DNA of 64,000 nucleotides from Thermodesulfobacteriota bacterium (GTDB taxonomy: Bacteria > Desulfobacterota_D > UBA1144 > Nemesobacterales > UBA2774), in contig OZ244197.1 in NCBI GenBank assembly GCA_965216785.1, positions 1,760,001 through 1,824,000 of the forward strand, read 5' to 3'. Position 1 is the stretch's first letter. Each line of letters starts with the position of its first letter. Below are positions 10,891 through 21,486 of the stretch, in pieces. The position numbers were made by a program, and so were the translations under genes. The notes beneath the pieces are model-generated. The model worked only from the letters and a program-made list of their open reading frames with translations. It was not told where the DNA came from and did not search any database.

Positions 10891-12213
10891 ATGCGCAATC
10901 TGCTAAAAAATATCCGTTTCGGCATATCCAGTACTATTGGCAAGAACATTATATCTCTGTATTTGCTGCAAATATCCTACTATGTTCTACCCCTTATTAC
11001 TGTTCCATATCTTGTCCGCGTGTTAGGGCCGGAGAAGTTCGGTCTCGTTGCTTTCGGGCAAAGTCTTATAACATTTTTCGTATTATTTGTTAACTACGGT
11101 TTCGATCTCACGGCGACAAGAGAGATTTCGGTAAAGCGCAAGAGCAATAAAGATGTGAGCGTTATTTCATGCAGTGTGTGGATTGCGAAACTCCTTTTAG
11201 GCTTAATTGGTCTGTCGGTGCTTTTATTGTTGATTCGTTTTGTGCCTAAAATGAATCAGAACTCTGTCCTCTTACTAATTCTATTCGGAATTGCCGTTGG
11301 AAATATGCTGTTCCCCAACTGGCTTTTCCTCGGACTTGAGAGGATGAAGGCTATATCGGTAATTAACATGTCGATGCGCGCGGTAACTACCGCGGGGGTT
11401 TTTATTCTTATTCGAAACCCCGATGATTACTTGATATATGCAGGGCTTCTTTCGTTTCAATGGGTGTTTGCGGGAATATTGGGCATCGTCTTTGCAATCG
11501 TAAGATTAAAAATCCGTATAAGTGTTCCAAAATCCCATGAAGTAACTCAAGTTCTGTCCAAAGGGTGGACACTGTTTTTATCGAACATAGCTCAAAGTAT
11601 TTATTACTCCGGAAATAGCTTCATTTTGGGAATGTTAACAAATTACACGGTAGTTGGATATTACAGCGCGGCTGAAAAAATTACCCTTTCGCTTTTGGGT
11701 TTGTTCAGGCCGGTAGCGCTGGCTGTCTACCCGAGGTTAAGCCGTATAGCTTCTTCTTCCAAAAACACAGTTCTTTTCTGGAGCAGAAGGCTGATATTTG
11801 TAATGGGCGGCTTGGGTTTGGCGGCTTCACTCACAATGTTTTTCGGCGCGCCTTTGATTGTGAAGATAATTTTAGGATCCGGATACGGACCTTCAATAAT
11901 CGTCCTTCAGGTTCTGTCCCTGCTGCCGTTTATTGTGGCCCTGTCAGATGTGTTGAGCATCCAGATCATGCTCCCATTCAGTAAAGACAAATTCTATACC
12001 ATGATTAGAGTGTTTACGGCTTTTTTACACATTTTGCTCGCGTTATTGCTCGTTCCGAGGTTTAATGAAGCGGGTATGGCCGCGACTTTAGTCTCAAGTC
12101 AGGCATTCATACTTATTTCTACTTTTCTATGTTTATCATACTGGAAGCTTAGCCCCCTGCATTACAAAATTGAAGAGAATATTCCCCACAGCCCTGCTAA
12201 CTCAAAAACCTAA
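10891..12213 (+). CDS. wzx: Wzx flippase (PST family)
   Basis: ~12 TMs, YVLPLITVPYLVRVLGPEKFG, VGYYSAAEK. Confidence 0.92.
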   Translation: MRNLLKNIRFGISSTIGKNIISLYLLQISYYVLPLITVPYLVRVLGPEKFGLVAFGQSLITFFVLFVNYGFDLTATREISVKRKSNKDVSVISCSVWIAKLLLGLIGLSVLLLLIRFVPKMNQNSVLLLILFGIAVGNMLFPNWLFLGLERMKAISVINMSMRAVTTAGVFILIRNPDDYLIYAGLLSFQWVFAGILGIVFAIVRLKIRISVPKSHEVTQVLSKGWTLFLSNIAQSIYYSGNSFILGMLTNYTVVGYYSAAEKITLSLLGLFRPVALAVYPRLSRIASSSKNTVLFWSRRLIFVMGGLGLAASLTMFFGAPLIVKIILGSGYGPSIIVLQVLSLLPFIVALSDVLSIQIMLPFSKDKFYTMIRVFTAFLHILLALLLVPRFNEAGMAATLVSSQAFILISTFLCLSYWKLSPLHYKIEENIPHSPANSKT

Positions 12214-12326
12214 TTTTTGACTTGGTTTTGGGGAAAATTAGCATGCGTAAGTGATTGTAATAACAAAAGGTTGTTTTAAAACGCCGGAAAATTAAAAGAT
12301 CAGGGATGATGGTAGGCAGAGGTTAA

Positions 12327-12524
12327 ATGAAAAGAAAAACAATCAGGACAAATGATAGATGTGAAAAATGTGATGGGTTCCTCATATTCGAGGTCAGAGA
12401 TGAATTCCATGATAATAGCAGCAATAAAACCAGGGCCGGCGTATGGAAATGCACCACTTGTGAAACGGCGACTATAGGAATGATTGTCAGGAGCCTGGGA
12501 ATTAGAGCGGCACCTAGAAATTAG
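12327..12524 (+). CDS. Small hypothetical zinc-ribbon protein
   Basis: 65 aa with CEKC...WKCTTC; GAGG SD upstream. Confidence 0.5.
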   Translation: MKRKTIRTNDRCEKCDGFLIFEVRDEFHDNSSNKTRAGVWKCTTCETATIGMIVRSLGIRAAPRN

Positions 12525-12545
12525 ATTATAGCTTTAATATCGGGG

Positions 12546-12574
12546 CCGGGTTTTTATCTAGACAAAACCCCGGG
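12546..12574. terminator. Intra-operon hairpin, possible terminator or pause site
   Basis: (CC)GGGTTTT-tatctagac-AAAACCC(CGG) inverted repeat right after the small ORF; no strong U tract. Confidence 0.35.
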
Positions 12575-12678
12575 CAACTAAAATCGGAGAAAATAATATT
12601 GTATAAAAATCTTATCAATAATGATATCGGGAAGATGCATGAATCAGCTCGGGGCGGTAAGGACGGAGTAATACTTCA

Positions 12679-13893
12679 ATGAATAGGCAAAATTTATCAA
12701 ATATAAAAGTCGCGTGGCTTATCCCTTCTATGGCAAGGGGATTTACTTGGCAGCCGCTGCTGAAGGCATTCGCCAGTTTATTTCCGGACTCTATGGTTTT
12801 TACGGGTCTTTGGCCGATAAACCGGTCCACGGAGAACGTTGATTTCAACCTTAATGTTGTCGGAAAAACCAGGTTTTTAACTATAGACAAGGACAGCTCG
12901 AATTACGCCAGAGGAATAATAATGCCTCCGTTAAGGATTATTCTTCATTTATTGAAATACTTCCCGGACGTCATATTGGTATATGGGTTTTCACTATGGA
13001 CAGTAATTGTGGTGCTACTCAAACCGTTTACAAGATGGCGTGTAGTAATCGTATATGAAGGTAGTACCCCAACCGTGGATGCAAAGGAATCGAAGTTTCG
13101 GATCTCCGGGCGTAAACTGATGAGCAGATTCTCAGATGCGTTTATAACAAATTCTCACGCCGGTAAGGACTACCTGGCTCAATTTCTGAAAGCGAAAAGA
13201 GAGCTCGTTTTCGTGCGTCCCTACGGGGTTCCCGATAAAGAATATCTGTCCCTCAAAAAGGTGAATGTAAAGCCTTTAATCAAAGGTGTGAAGCGGCCCA
13301 TATTCCTTTACGCCGGTCTTTTAATTGAGCGTAAGGGTATCAAATTCCTCCTGCGCGCCCTCGCCGTCTTAAAAAGAGAGGGATGCGATAATTTCACGCT
13401 TATGGTTGTCGGGGACGGTCCGCAGCGAGAGGAGCTTGAGGGTATTGTAAGTGAAGAGGGTATGGAAAAACAAGTCAAGTGGATGGGGTGGGTGGATTAC
13501 AATAGCCTCGGATATTATTTTGATTCTTCAGATGTCTTTGTCTTTCCGACGTTTGAGGATACTTGGGGTTTAGTTGTACTTGAGGCAATGAGTTTTGCTA
13601 AGCCTATTGTGTGCTCTGAATTGGCAGGAGCGATGGAAATGGTCAAGAATGAAGAAAATGGTTTCACCTTTAACCCTGCCAATGGCAAACCTGAAGAACT
13701 GTCGGGAATTATTAAAAAATTTATAGATGACCCGAATCTTATAAAACGTATGGGGGAGAAGTCAAAAAAAATGGCATCGTCTCATACCCCTGAAATAGTT
13801 GCGAATGACCTCAAATACATAATAGAGTTTGTTTTAGGCAGGAGGGAAAGGGGTTCAATGGAGTTTAAGGAATATCAACAGGAGCAAACTTGA
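12679..13893 (+). CDS. Glycosyltransferase family 4
   Basis: GLLIERKG, VVGDGPQR, DVFVFPTFEDTWGLVVLEAM (EX7E). Confidence 0.92.
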   Translation: MNRQNLSNIKVAWLIPSMARGFTWQPLLKAFASLFPDSMVFTGLWPINRSTENVDFNLNVVGKTRFLTIDKDSSNYARGIIMPPLRIILHLLKYFPDVILVYGFSLWTVIVVLLKPFTRWRVVIVYEGSTPTVDAKESKFRISGRKLMSRFSDAFITNSHAGKDYLAQFLKAKRELVFVRPYGVPDKEYLSLKKVNVKPLIKGVKRPIFLYAGLLIERKGIKFLLRALAVLKREGCDNFTLMVVGDGPQREELEGIVSEEGMEKQVKWMGWVDYNSLGYYFDSSDVFVFPTFEDTWGLVVLEAMSFAKPIVCSELAGAMEMVKNEENGFTFNPANGKPEELSGIIKKFIDDPNLIKRMGEKSKKMASSHTPEIVANDLKYIIEFVLGRRERGSMEFKEYQQEQT

Positions 13894-13937
13894 TAACCCC
13901 CGTTGTATAACCAGATTACTTCAAAGCGGTTAACACA

Positions 13938-16478
13938 ATGAACATATATCAGGACGTCGAAAGAATTTTGAGCGATACGGAGTATGCTGTCCTACACGGA
14001 TGGCAATCGCTTCCCGATCACCATGAGTCTGATCTGGATATTGTAATCAATCCAGATCATTTGAACTTGCTGGAAGAATCGCTGGTTGATTTTAAACCGG
14101 CGAAACTCGTGCAGCTGCTTCAGCACGAATCTTCCTGCTTCTATTTTATATTGGCACATAAGAACGGGAACGGAATGGAATTTCTGCAGGTCGACGCTGC
14201 CACGGATTATAGAAGAAACGGGCTTACTTATTTCTCCGCAGAGGAGTTAAACCGCGCAAGAAAGCAATGGAAGGGGTTCTGGGTAACTTCTCCTGAAACG
14301 GAGCTTGCCTATCTACTTGTAAAGAAAACACTTAAGGGCGAAACACCGGGACATCAAAAGAAAAGACTCGAGTATTTAGTTGATAAGCTTGGGGTGCAAA
14401 GATCCACAGCTATATCAACGGAGCTTTTCGGTAAGGAATCGGGACAAAGGGTAATATCCTGGATCTCTAATAGTAACTGGAGCGTTCTTGAGTCAAATGT
14501 GCCCGGATTAAAAAGGTCGCTTATGTTCGAAGCAGTAAAAAAAGACCCGTTAAACCCTCTGACATATTGGCTTGGCGAAGCAAAACGTATTGTAAGAAGA
14601 TGGCTCTATCCAACAGGGTTGTTTATAGCAGTGCTCGGCCCAGACGGGGTGGGGAAGAGTACTTTGATCGAAAGTATCGAAGCACAGCTCTCAGGAGCGT
14701 TTCGCCGCAGCGCGAATTTCCATCTAAGACCGGGACTTATTGGTAGAAACGATCAAGGCGCGCCTGTAACCGACCCTCATGGAAAGCCGCCGCGTTCATT
14801 TTTGGCCTCTATTCTGAAAATCGCTTATTACTTCTGCGATTACGCGCTTGGCTTTGTATTAAAACTTTATCCTAAAATTGTACGATCGACCCTGGTGATA
14901 TTTGACAGGTATTACGACGATTTGCTGGTTGACCCAGCGCGCTATAGGTATGGAGGTCCTTCCTGGCTCGTTAAATTCACGCGTCGTTTTATCCCCAGGC
15001 CAGATTTGTTCTTGATCCTTGACGCTTCCGAAGACGAGCTTCTTAAACGAAAGCAGGAAGTGGGTAAGGATGAGTTAACACGCCAGCGAAAGGCGTATAG
15101 GGATCTTGCGGCTGGGCTTCCAAACGCATTTGTCCTGGATGCAGGTCAAAGCCCTGAAAAACTTGCCGATGACGCTTCGGAAATCGTGTTGGATTATCTG
15201 CACGGACGCTACATGGGGCGCCGGAATTTGTTTTTCAAAAACGATGATACAAACAAGACTCTCGCCTGGTTAAACGCGGCTTTGTCGGCAGATACCGATA
15301 GGTCGTACTTAGCTATATCGGACCTTGAACGAGAAGTTGTGAGGCCAGGTTGGGAAAATTATTATGAATTCAATTACTTGCCAATTAATAACGGCAGGGG
15401 GTATTTACTGCCTGTAAACTCTAAAGCCGCAGCGAACGGCCTTTCGTTATATAACGCACAGAGCTTGAGCGCAAGGGCAGTCAAATCAGCGCTAAAAAAA
15501 CCTTACCTAAGCGCTGTTGGCAACGTATTTATGAAATCCATAAATTTAAAGATAAAAAAGGGTATTAGTTGCGAAGAGAAGAGCGAAGTCCTGTTGTTTG
15601 AGTATTTAAAGGAAGCTCTTGGAGAGAAAAAGCTTGATTTTGCCGTTTCCCTTGGAACCCCGGGGCCCCATAGAAAACCGGTAATTCAATTAACTAACGC
15701 AAATGATACCGTAATTGGCTATGCAAAAGTCGGATGGAACGGGGTTACGAATTCGCTTGTGAAAAATGAAGCCGATACGATAAACGATCTATCGAGGAAC
15801 TCTTTTCACTCTTTATGTATACCTTCTCTACTGCACTCCGGATGGTGGGATAACCGCTACTTGACCATACAATCTTCGCCAAAGGGTAATCTCTCGCCAG
15901 CACCTAAGAGCCTTACTTCACACTATTTGAATGTGGTCGAGGAGTTAGCGGATCTGAACTTAAAATATATGCCTATAAAAGAGAGCGCTTTTTGGACAAG
16001 TCTTTTAGATAACTTAAAAAATGTCAAAGGCGGTTTCTACCTCGGCGTTTTAGAGCGAAAAATTATACCTAAGGTAGATGAGAGCTTCGGCGATACGCCG
16101 CTCCCGTTTCATATGTCTCACGGAGACCTAGCTCCCTGGAATGCATATATCAAAGATGAAATGCTCTATCTCTATGACTGGGAATATTCCCGTCCGGACG
16201 CGCCAGGAGGCTGGGACTTGTTTCATTTTAGTACTCAGAGCAATCTACTTCTCAAAAATAGAAATTCCGGCGAGCTCTGTAAAACAATCATAAACGATGC
16301 TTACAGCAGTTTGACAAAACCATATTGGGATAAGCTTGGAATCAGTAAAAACGCCCTCAGCACGCTTTTCGTTTTATACATCCTAGAAAGGCTTTCAATC
16401 GCCGCTTCTGAGGGGGCGGAGAGCTCTCACGAAATTAGTCAGTTCTCAAAGATGATCAATGTCTTAGTCAATTCCTAA
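13938..16478 (+). CDS. Multidomain nucleotidyltransferase-like + thymidylate-kinase-like P-loop + APH/choline-kinase-like protein
   Basis: N-terminal SDLDIVI (DxD); central GPDGVGKST and IFDRYYDD; C-terminal HGDLAPWN and LYDWE. Confidence 0.75.
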   Translation: MNIYQDVERILSDTEYAVLHGWQSLPDHHESDLDIVINPDHLNLLEESLVDFKPAKLVQLLQHESSCFYFILAHKNGNGMEFLQVDAATDYRRNGLTYFSAEELNRARKQWKGFWVTSPETELAYLLVKKTLKGETPGHQKKRLEYLVDKLGVQRSTAISTELFGKESGQRVISWISNSNWSVLESNVPGLKRSLMFEAVKKDPLNPLTYWLGEAKRIVRRWLYPTGLFIAVLGPDGVGKSTLIESIEAQLSGAFRRSANFHLRPGLIGRNDQGAPVTDPHGKPPRSFLASILKIAYYFCDYALGFVLKLYPKIVRSTLVIFDRYYDDLLVDPARYRYGGPSWLVKFTRRFIPRPDLFLILDASEDELLKRKQEVGKDELTRQRKAYRDLAAGLPNAFVLDAGQSPEKLADDASEIVLDYLHGRYMGRRNLFFKNDDTNKTLAWLNAALSADTDRSYLAISDLEREVVRPGWENYYEFNYLPINNGRGYLLPVNSKAAANGLSLYNAQSLSARAVKSALKKPYLSAVGNVFMKSINLKIKKGISCEEKSEVLLFEYLKEALGEKKLDFAVSLGTPGPHRKPVIQLTNANDTVIGYAKVGWNGVTNSLVKNEADTINDLSRNSFHSLCIPSLLHSGWWDNRYLTIQSSPKGNLSPAPKSLTSHYLNVVEELADLNLKYMPIKESAFWTSLLDNLKNVKGGFYLGVLERKIIPKVDESFGDTPLPFHMSHGDLAPWNAYIKDEMLYLYDWEYSRPDAPGGWDLFHFSTQSNLLLKNRNSGELCKTIINDAYSSLTKPYWDKLGISKNALSTLFVLYILERLSIAASEGAESSHEISQFSKMINVLVNS

Positions 16479-16492
16479 TCGAGAATATTCTT

Positions 16493-17725
16493 ATGCAGAA
16501 AAAACTCAAAGTGTTGGTATCCGCATATGCGTGTGAGTCCGGAAAGGGTTCTGAGCCCGGAGTAGGATGGAACTGGGTAAAACAAATTGCCCGCTTCCAT
16601 GAAGTTTGGGTGATAACACGCTCAAGCAACCGCGAATCCATAGAGTGTCAACAGAGCGGGGATTCTTCCAATATTCATTGGGTGTATTTTGATTATCCCC
16701 CATGGCTCAGGTCTTGGAAGAGGGGGCAGCGCGGAGTCCATCTGTATTACTACTTGTGGCAGATAGCCGTTTATTTTATGGCGAGGCGGATACATAAAGA
16801 AGTTAAATTCGACATAGTACATCATTTAACCTTCGGAGTTTACTGGCTTCCGAGTTTTCTATCTCTTATCCCAGCGGCTTTTATACACGGCCCGCTCGGT
16901 GGAGCTGAAAGAACGCCTAGGGAGTTTTACAGGAGTTTCAGTTTAAAGGGGAAGATTTATGAATGGCTCAGGGATACTGCAAGGTGGTTTGGCGAGAAAG
17001 ATCCTTTCGTGCTGTTAAGTATCAGGAGGGCAAAACTGGTACTTGCTAAAGTACAGGAAACGGGCGACCGTCTGTCTGTGCTCGGGGCAAAAGAAGTGCT
17101 GGTTTTCCCGGAGTCTGGTATCAGCGTAAAAGAAATTGAAAAACGCGCTGTGATAAAAGAGTCAGAATCCAAGAACTTTAAATTTATTAGTATAGGCCGC
17201 TTACTGCACTGGAAAGGTTTTCATCTGGGACTTTCGGCGTATTCGAGGTTCGTTAAGGAATTTCCTTCAAGCGAGTATTGGTTTATCGGTAACGGTCCGG
17301 AGCGGCAGAATTTGCAACTTTTGGCGGAGAAGCTGGGTGTTTCGGACAAAGTAAAGTTTTTTGATGAATTACCTCACGATCAAGTTTTAGAAACGTTGTA
17401 TGAGTGTGATGTATTAGTACATCCGAGTATCCACGATTCAGGCGGGTGGGTGTGTCTTGAAGCAATGGCTTTCGGAAAACCGGTTTTGTGTCTTGATCTG
17501 GGCGGACCGGCCATGCAGGTAACCGAAGAGACAGGATTTAAGGTTCCCGCGAAAAACCCGGAGCAGTCTGTCGAAGATCTTAGGAGCGCGATGATTCGGC
17601 TTGCCGGAGATTCCGGACTCGGCAGAACAATGGGCGAAGCGGCCCGCGAAAGGGTACTAGAGCATTTTGAATGGGATAAAAAGGGCGAGTGGATAAATAA
17701 AATTTATCAAGAAGCGATGATTTAA
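16493..17725 (+). CDS. Glycosyltransferase family 4
   Basis: VSAYACE.GKGSEPGVGW, GRLLHWKG, HPSIHDSGGWVCLEAM. Confidence 0.92.
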   Translation: MQKKLKVLVSAYACESGKGSEPGVGWNWVKQIARFHEVWVITRSSNRESIECQQSGDSSNIHWVYFDYPPWLRSWKRGQRGVHLYYYLWQIAVYFMARRIHKEVKFDIVHHLTFGVYWLPSFLSLIPAAFIHGPLGGAERTPREFYRSFSLKGKIYEWLRDTARWFGEKDPFVLLSIRRAKLVLAKVQETGDRLSVLGAKEVLVFPESGISVKEIEKRAVIKESESKNFKFISIGRLLHWKGFHLGLSAYSRFVKEFPSSEYWFIGNGPERQNLQLLAEKLGVSDKVKFFDELPHDQVLETLYECDVLVHPSIHDSGGWVCLEAMAFGKPVLCLDLGGPAMQVTEETGFKVPAKNPEQSVEDLRSAMIRLAGDSGLGRTMGEAARERVLEHFEWDKKGEWINKIYQEAMI

Positions 17726-19219
17726 ATGAATGTAAAAAGAAAACAGACCGATTTCAAGTTCCTCATAGTTGTTCTTGCCGCGGTGTTGCCGATAAGCCTT
17801 TGTATCCTGCTTATATCGAACAGGTTCGATAACTATGTGCTCCTTATCGCCGCTTTGGGATTACCGGCGGGGCTTCTGACATTAAGAGCACTATTTGTCT
17901 CTAGCCTAAGGTTAAAAGTATTAATTTCCCAACTCCGCTGGTGGCATTTGCTCTGGTTTCTAGTCTTATTAAGCGGGCTTGTTTTTCGAATCAGAAATAC
18001 ATATGAAGCTCAAGACAGTCCGGTCGACTTTTGGGCTCTGTTTAGAATGGGGATTATGGGTTTTGTAGGTTTTGTGCTTTTAGTCAGATTAGCGATGAAA
18101 AAAACCAACTGGTTAACTACACTTTTCCAAGGCTCAATAGGTCTTTTGGCAGCATATGCCGTAGTTGCCATAATGTCTACACTGTGGTCGATTTACCCTT
18201 TATGGACATTATATAAATCTGTTGAGTATTTGATTGATGTAGTCCTTATTGCGGCAATAGTAGCCTCGGCCAGATCGATAAAAGATTATAAGATGCTGTT
18301 TGACTGGACTTGGTTTTTGTTAGGTTTACTTGCCGCCAGCGCCTGGCTTGGCATTTTAATATGGCCGGATATCGCAATTCGTCAGGACGTCGGTGTTCTG
18401 GGCGGCCAGCTTGCCGGAGTGATGCCCGCCATGGAAACAAATAAGGTTGGAGAGCTAGGGGCTATATTGGGCATTGTGGCGTTAAACCGGTTTTTATTCA
18501 TGAAAGATCGCAGGTTTTATTTTGTTATTTTCCTGGTAGCAATGGCCACCATGATATTTGCGCAGAGCCGCTCGCCTATAACCGGTTTTCTGGTGGCTTT
18601 GCCATTGATGTTGTTCGCGGCAAGAAGGATCGGGCCGATCGCTCTCACGCTTATGGTGATGTTCTTTTTACTTTTCCTTACAGGTGTTACAGATGTATTT
18701 TGGGAATATTTTCTCAGAGGACAGAGCAGAGAGGAGTTTTCTTCTCTATCCGGAAGGACGTACGGGTGGGTGCTTGGGTGGGAGCTCTTTAAGCTCAATC
18801 CGCTGCTGGGATTCGGCGCGTACGCGGGGGGGAGATTCGCGGTGCTTACCGAGCTTGGTACGAACATGAGCTCGGGGCAGTGGTCTTCTATTCTTAATAC
18901 ATGGCTGGAAATCCTCATAGGCGTTGGGTTGATGGGAATATTCTTCGTCATAGCGGCATTTATTAAAACATGGGCGAATATCATAAAAGGTACTATCTCG
19001 AGCGAGGCGGGTTCTATCTATCATTGTTTAGCCGTAGAAGCGATAGGAGTTCTCGCGCTTATCTCCGTACGCTCGATGTTCACTACAAATATCTTTTGGC
19101 ATCCCCCGTTGATCTTTCTCCTTATAGTCGGGTACGGCGAGTTTTTGTACATGTATTACAGACGGGCAAAAATTAGGCAAAGAAAAGCATCCCACAGCAA
19201 ATCTTTAGCAACCACATGA
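17726..19219 (+). CDS. O-antigen ligase/polymerase family membrane protein (probable Wzy)
   Basis: Multi-TM, AQSRS, SLSGRT..W, NPLLGFG Wzy_C motifs. Confidence 0.8.
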   Translation: MNVKRKQTDFKFLIVVLAAVLPISLCILLISNRFDNYVLLIAALGLPAGLLTLRALFVSSLRLKVLISQLRWWHLLWFLVLLSGLVFRIRNTYEAQDSPVDFWALFRMGIMGFVGFVLLVRLAMKKTNWLTTLFQGSIGLLAAYAVVAIMSTLWSIYPLWTLYKSVEYLIDVVLIAAIVASARSIKDYKMLFDWTWFLLGLLAASAWLGILIWPDIAIRQDVGVLGGQLAGVMPAMETNKVGELGAILGIVALNRFLFMKDRRFYFVIFLVAMATMIFAQSRSPITGFLVALPLMLFAARRIGPIALTLMVMFFLLFLTGVTDVFWEYFLRGQSREEFSSLSGRTYGWVLGWELFKLNPLLGFGAYAGGRFAVLTELGTNMSSGQWSSILNTWLEILIGVGLMGIFFVIAAFIKTWANIIKGTISSEAGSIYHCLAVEAIGVLALISVRSMFTTNIFWHPPLIFLLIVGYGEFLYMYYRRAKIRQRKASHSKSLATT

Positions 19220-19223
19220 TCTC

Positions 19224-20132
19224 ATGAATATCAGCAAAAAAATTAGAAAAATTTATCATCAGATTAAAACAGTAAAACTCTATAATGACTCAAGAGATGA
19301 CCTGTCAATGGAAAAAGTGGAAAGGACATATGAATTTAAATCCCATGCGTTGGGACAGCAAATATTTTGCCCGTATTGCAATGGAGAGACCGTGATACAT
19401 TGGGAAAGTCTAAGTTTTTGGAAATGTTTGTCATGCAGCCTGGTCTTTCGTTTTCCCCTGCCTGACGGGCACAGTGTGGTAGAGCTGTATGAGGACAGCT
19501 GGAACGCTCCTTTTGAGAATAGGAGTGAGACTGGAGGGACCTCTCTTGATCTTGCGGTTGTCTACGCAAGGAAACTGGCGGACACCCTGGAGCTCAAGGA
19601 CTTCAAGGGGCTCAGGATCCTTGATTTTGGAGCCGGAAGGGGCGATGCGATGACTGCGCTATCCAGGCTGGGAGCCGACGTGTACGGGGTAGAGCCGTTT
19701 GGATACGAGGGTCTTGTTGAGAGGGGATTTAAGATGTTTCGGTTCCTGGATGATATTCCTGAAGGGATGACTTTTGACGGCATTATTACAATGGATGTGG
19801 TTGAGCACCTCACGACTCCCTGGGTTGAATTAAAGGGACTTAATAGTTTACTGAATAAAGATGGTTTTCTTTATATATCAACACCCAACGCCGATTCGCT
19901 AAGAGCGGTAGTCGAGCGTGAGAAATGGAGGGAAGCTTTAAGACCCGGCCATTTTGTGCTTTTTAACCAGAATTCTCTTGAGAACATGTTGGCAGACTTA
20001 GAATTTAAGAACATAAAGAGGCTCAGGTGGTATTTAAAGTACAATGAAAATAAAATTCATAATTTTTTGGGCTATATGCTGCAAACCGTTGGTATAGATG
20101 GTGAGCTGCGTTATTTAATAAGGAAATCATGA
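19224..20132 (+). CDS. Class I SAM-dependent methyltransferase with N-terminal Zn ribbon
   Basis: CPYC/CLSC, ILDFGAGRG, DVVEHL, ISTPN. Confidence 0.88.
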   Translation: MNISKKIRKIYHQIKTVKLYNDSRDDLSMEKVERTYEFKSHALGQQIFCPYCNGETVIHWESLSFWKCLSCSLVFRFPLPDGHSVVELYEDSWNAPFENRSETGGTSLDLAVVYARKLADTLELKDFKGLRILDFGAGRGDAMTALSRLGADVYGVEPFGYEGLVERGFKMFRFLDDIPEGMTFDGIITMDVVEHLTTPWVELKGLNSLLNKDGFLYISTPNADSLRAVVEREKWREALRPGHFVLFNQNSLENMLADLEFKNIKRLRWYLKYNENKIHNFLGYMLQTVGIDGELRYLIRKS

Positions 20133-21331
20133 GAGTACTCGTCGTACATAATTTTTATCAGCAGCCAGGTGGTGAGGATACGGTGTTTTCAGCCGAAACG
20201 GACCTTCTTCGCCGGCATGGTCATGAGGTTATTGAGTACACGGAAAGTAACGACAGTGTTAATTCCATGAATACCCTGAGTGCAGCCGTAAATACTATAT
20301 GGTCGCACCGCTCAAAAAGAAAGATGATTGATATTCTCGATAGGGTTAAACCAGATGTGGTGCACTTTCACAATACGTTTTTGCTCATATCTCCGTCCGC
20401 ATATTACGCGTGCAAAGAAAAGAACGTGCCGGTAATACAATCACTTCACAATCCAAGGCTGCTCTGTCCGGCTGCTAATCTTTACCGAGACGGAAAGGTA
20501 TGTGAGGACTGTGTGGGTAAAACTCCCCCGTGGCCCGGTGTGATACACGGGTGTTACAGGGACTCTAGGGCTCAAACCGCTATAGTCTCGACGATGCTGA
20601 CGCTGCACCGGATGCTCAAGACCTGGGATAAGGTCATAGATACTTTTATCGTATTTACCGAATTTTACAGAAAAAAGTTTATCCAAGGTGGGCTCCACTC
20701 TGAAAAGATTGCTTTAAAGCCCCACTTTGTCGATCCCGACCCGGGCTGCCGAAATGGTGAAAAAGGGGACTACGCGCTTTACATCGGTAGACTCGATAAG
20801 GAAAAGGGGATCCCGACATTACTCAAGGCCTGGCGGAACACCGACGACGTCCCGTTAAAAATAAGGGGTGACGGGAATCTTCTGGGTGAGGTTAACGATT
20901 ATATTAGCCGGAACGAAATTAAATCTGTCGAAATTGTAAAACGGCTTGAGAAGCTAGAGCTAAACGAGTTAATCAAAAAGGCCAGATTTTTGGTCTGGCC
21001 GTCTGAAGGTTATTACGAAACGTTCGGTTTAGTGGCAATAGAGGCGTTTGCCTGCGGCGTGCCGGTGATTGCTTCAAGGACCGGGACTTTAGCGGAAAAT
21101 GTAACGGACGGGTACACGGGACTGCACTTTGCCCCGGGCGATGTAGAGGATTTATCCGCGAAAGTAAATTGGGCATGGAGTAACCCGGACAAGATGGCAA
21201 AGATGGGTAGGGCCGCAAGAAAAGAATATGAAACTCATTATACGGCAGAGAAGAATTACAGGATGCTGCTCGATATATATGAAAGAGCGATTAGTGGTAA
21301 ATCATCCGGCGGCAAAGTGCATTTAGCCTGA
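20129..21331 (+). CDS. Glycosyltransferase family 4
   Basis: HNFYQQPGGED, GRLDKEKG, YETFGLVAIEAFACG. Confidence 0.93.
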   Translation: MRVLVVHNFYQQPGGEDTVFSAETDLLRRHGHEVIEYTESNDSVNSMNTLSAAVNTIWSHRSKRKMIDILDRVKPDVVHFHNTFLLISPSAYYACKEKNVPVIQSLHNPRLLCPAANLYRDGKVCEDCVGKTPPWPGVIHGCYRDSRAQTAIVSTMLTLHRMLKTWDKVIDTFIVFTEFYRKKFIQGGLHSEKIALKPHFVDPDPGCRNGEKGDYALYIGRLDKEKGIPTLLKAWRNTDDVPLKIRGDGNLLGEVNDYISRNEIKSVEIVKRLEKLELNELIKKARFLVWPSEGYYETFGLVAIEAFACGVPVIASRTGTLAENVTDGYTGLHFAPGDVEDLSAKVNWAWSNPDKMAKMGRAARKEYETHYTAEKNYRMLLDIYERAISGKSSGGKVHLA

Positions 21332-21486
21332 ACTTCCTGAAACATCAATAAACTGACTGATTCTTAGGTCAGGGTTATCAAATCTGAACATATAAACATA
21401 TAAATCACGTGGAGAATCGGAAATTGTATATTCCCGTTCTTCTCAGTCCCATTGGTTGATAATGAGCTAAATGAGGAAGAAATTCA

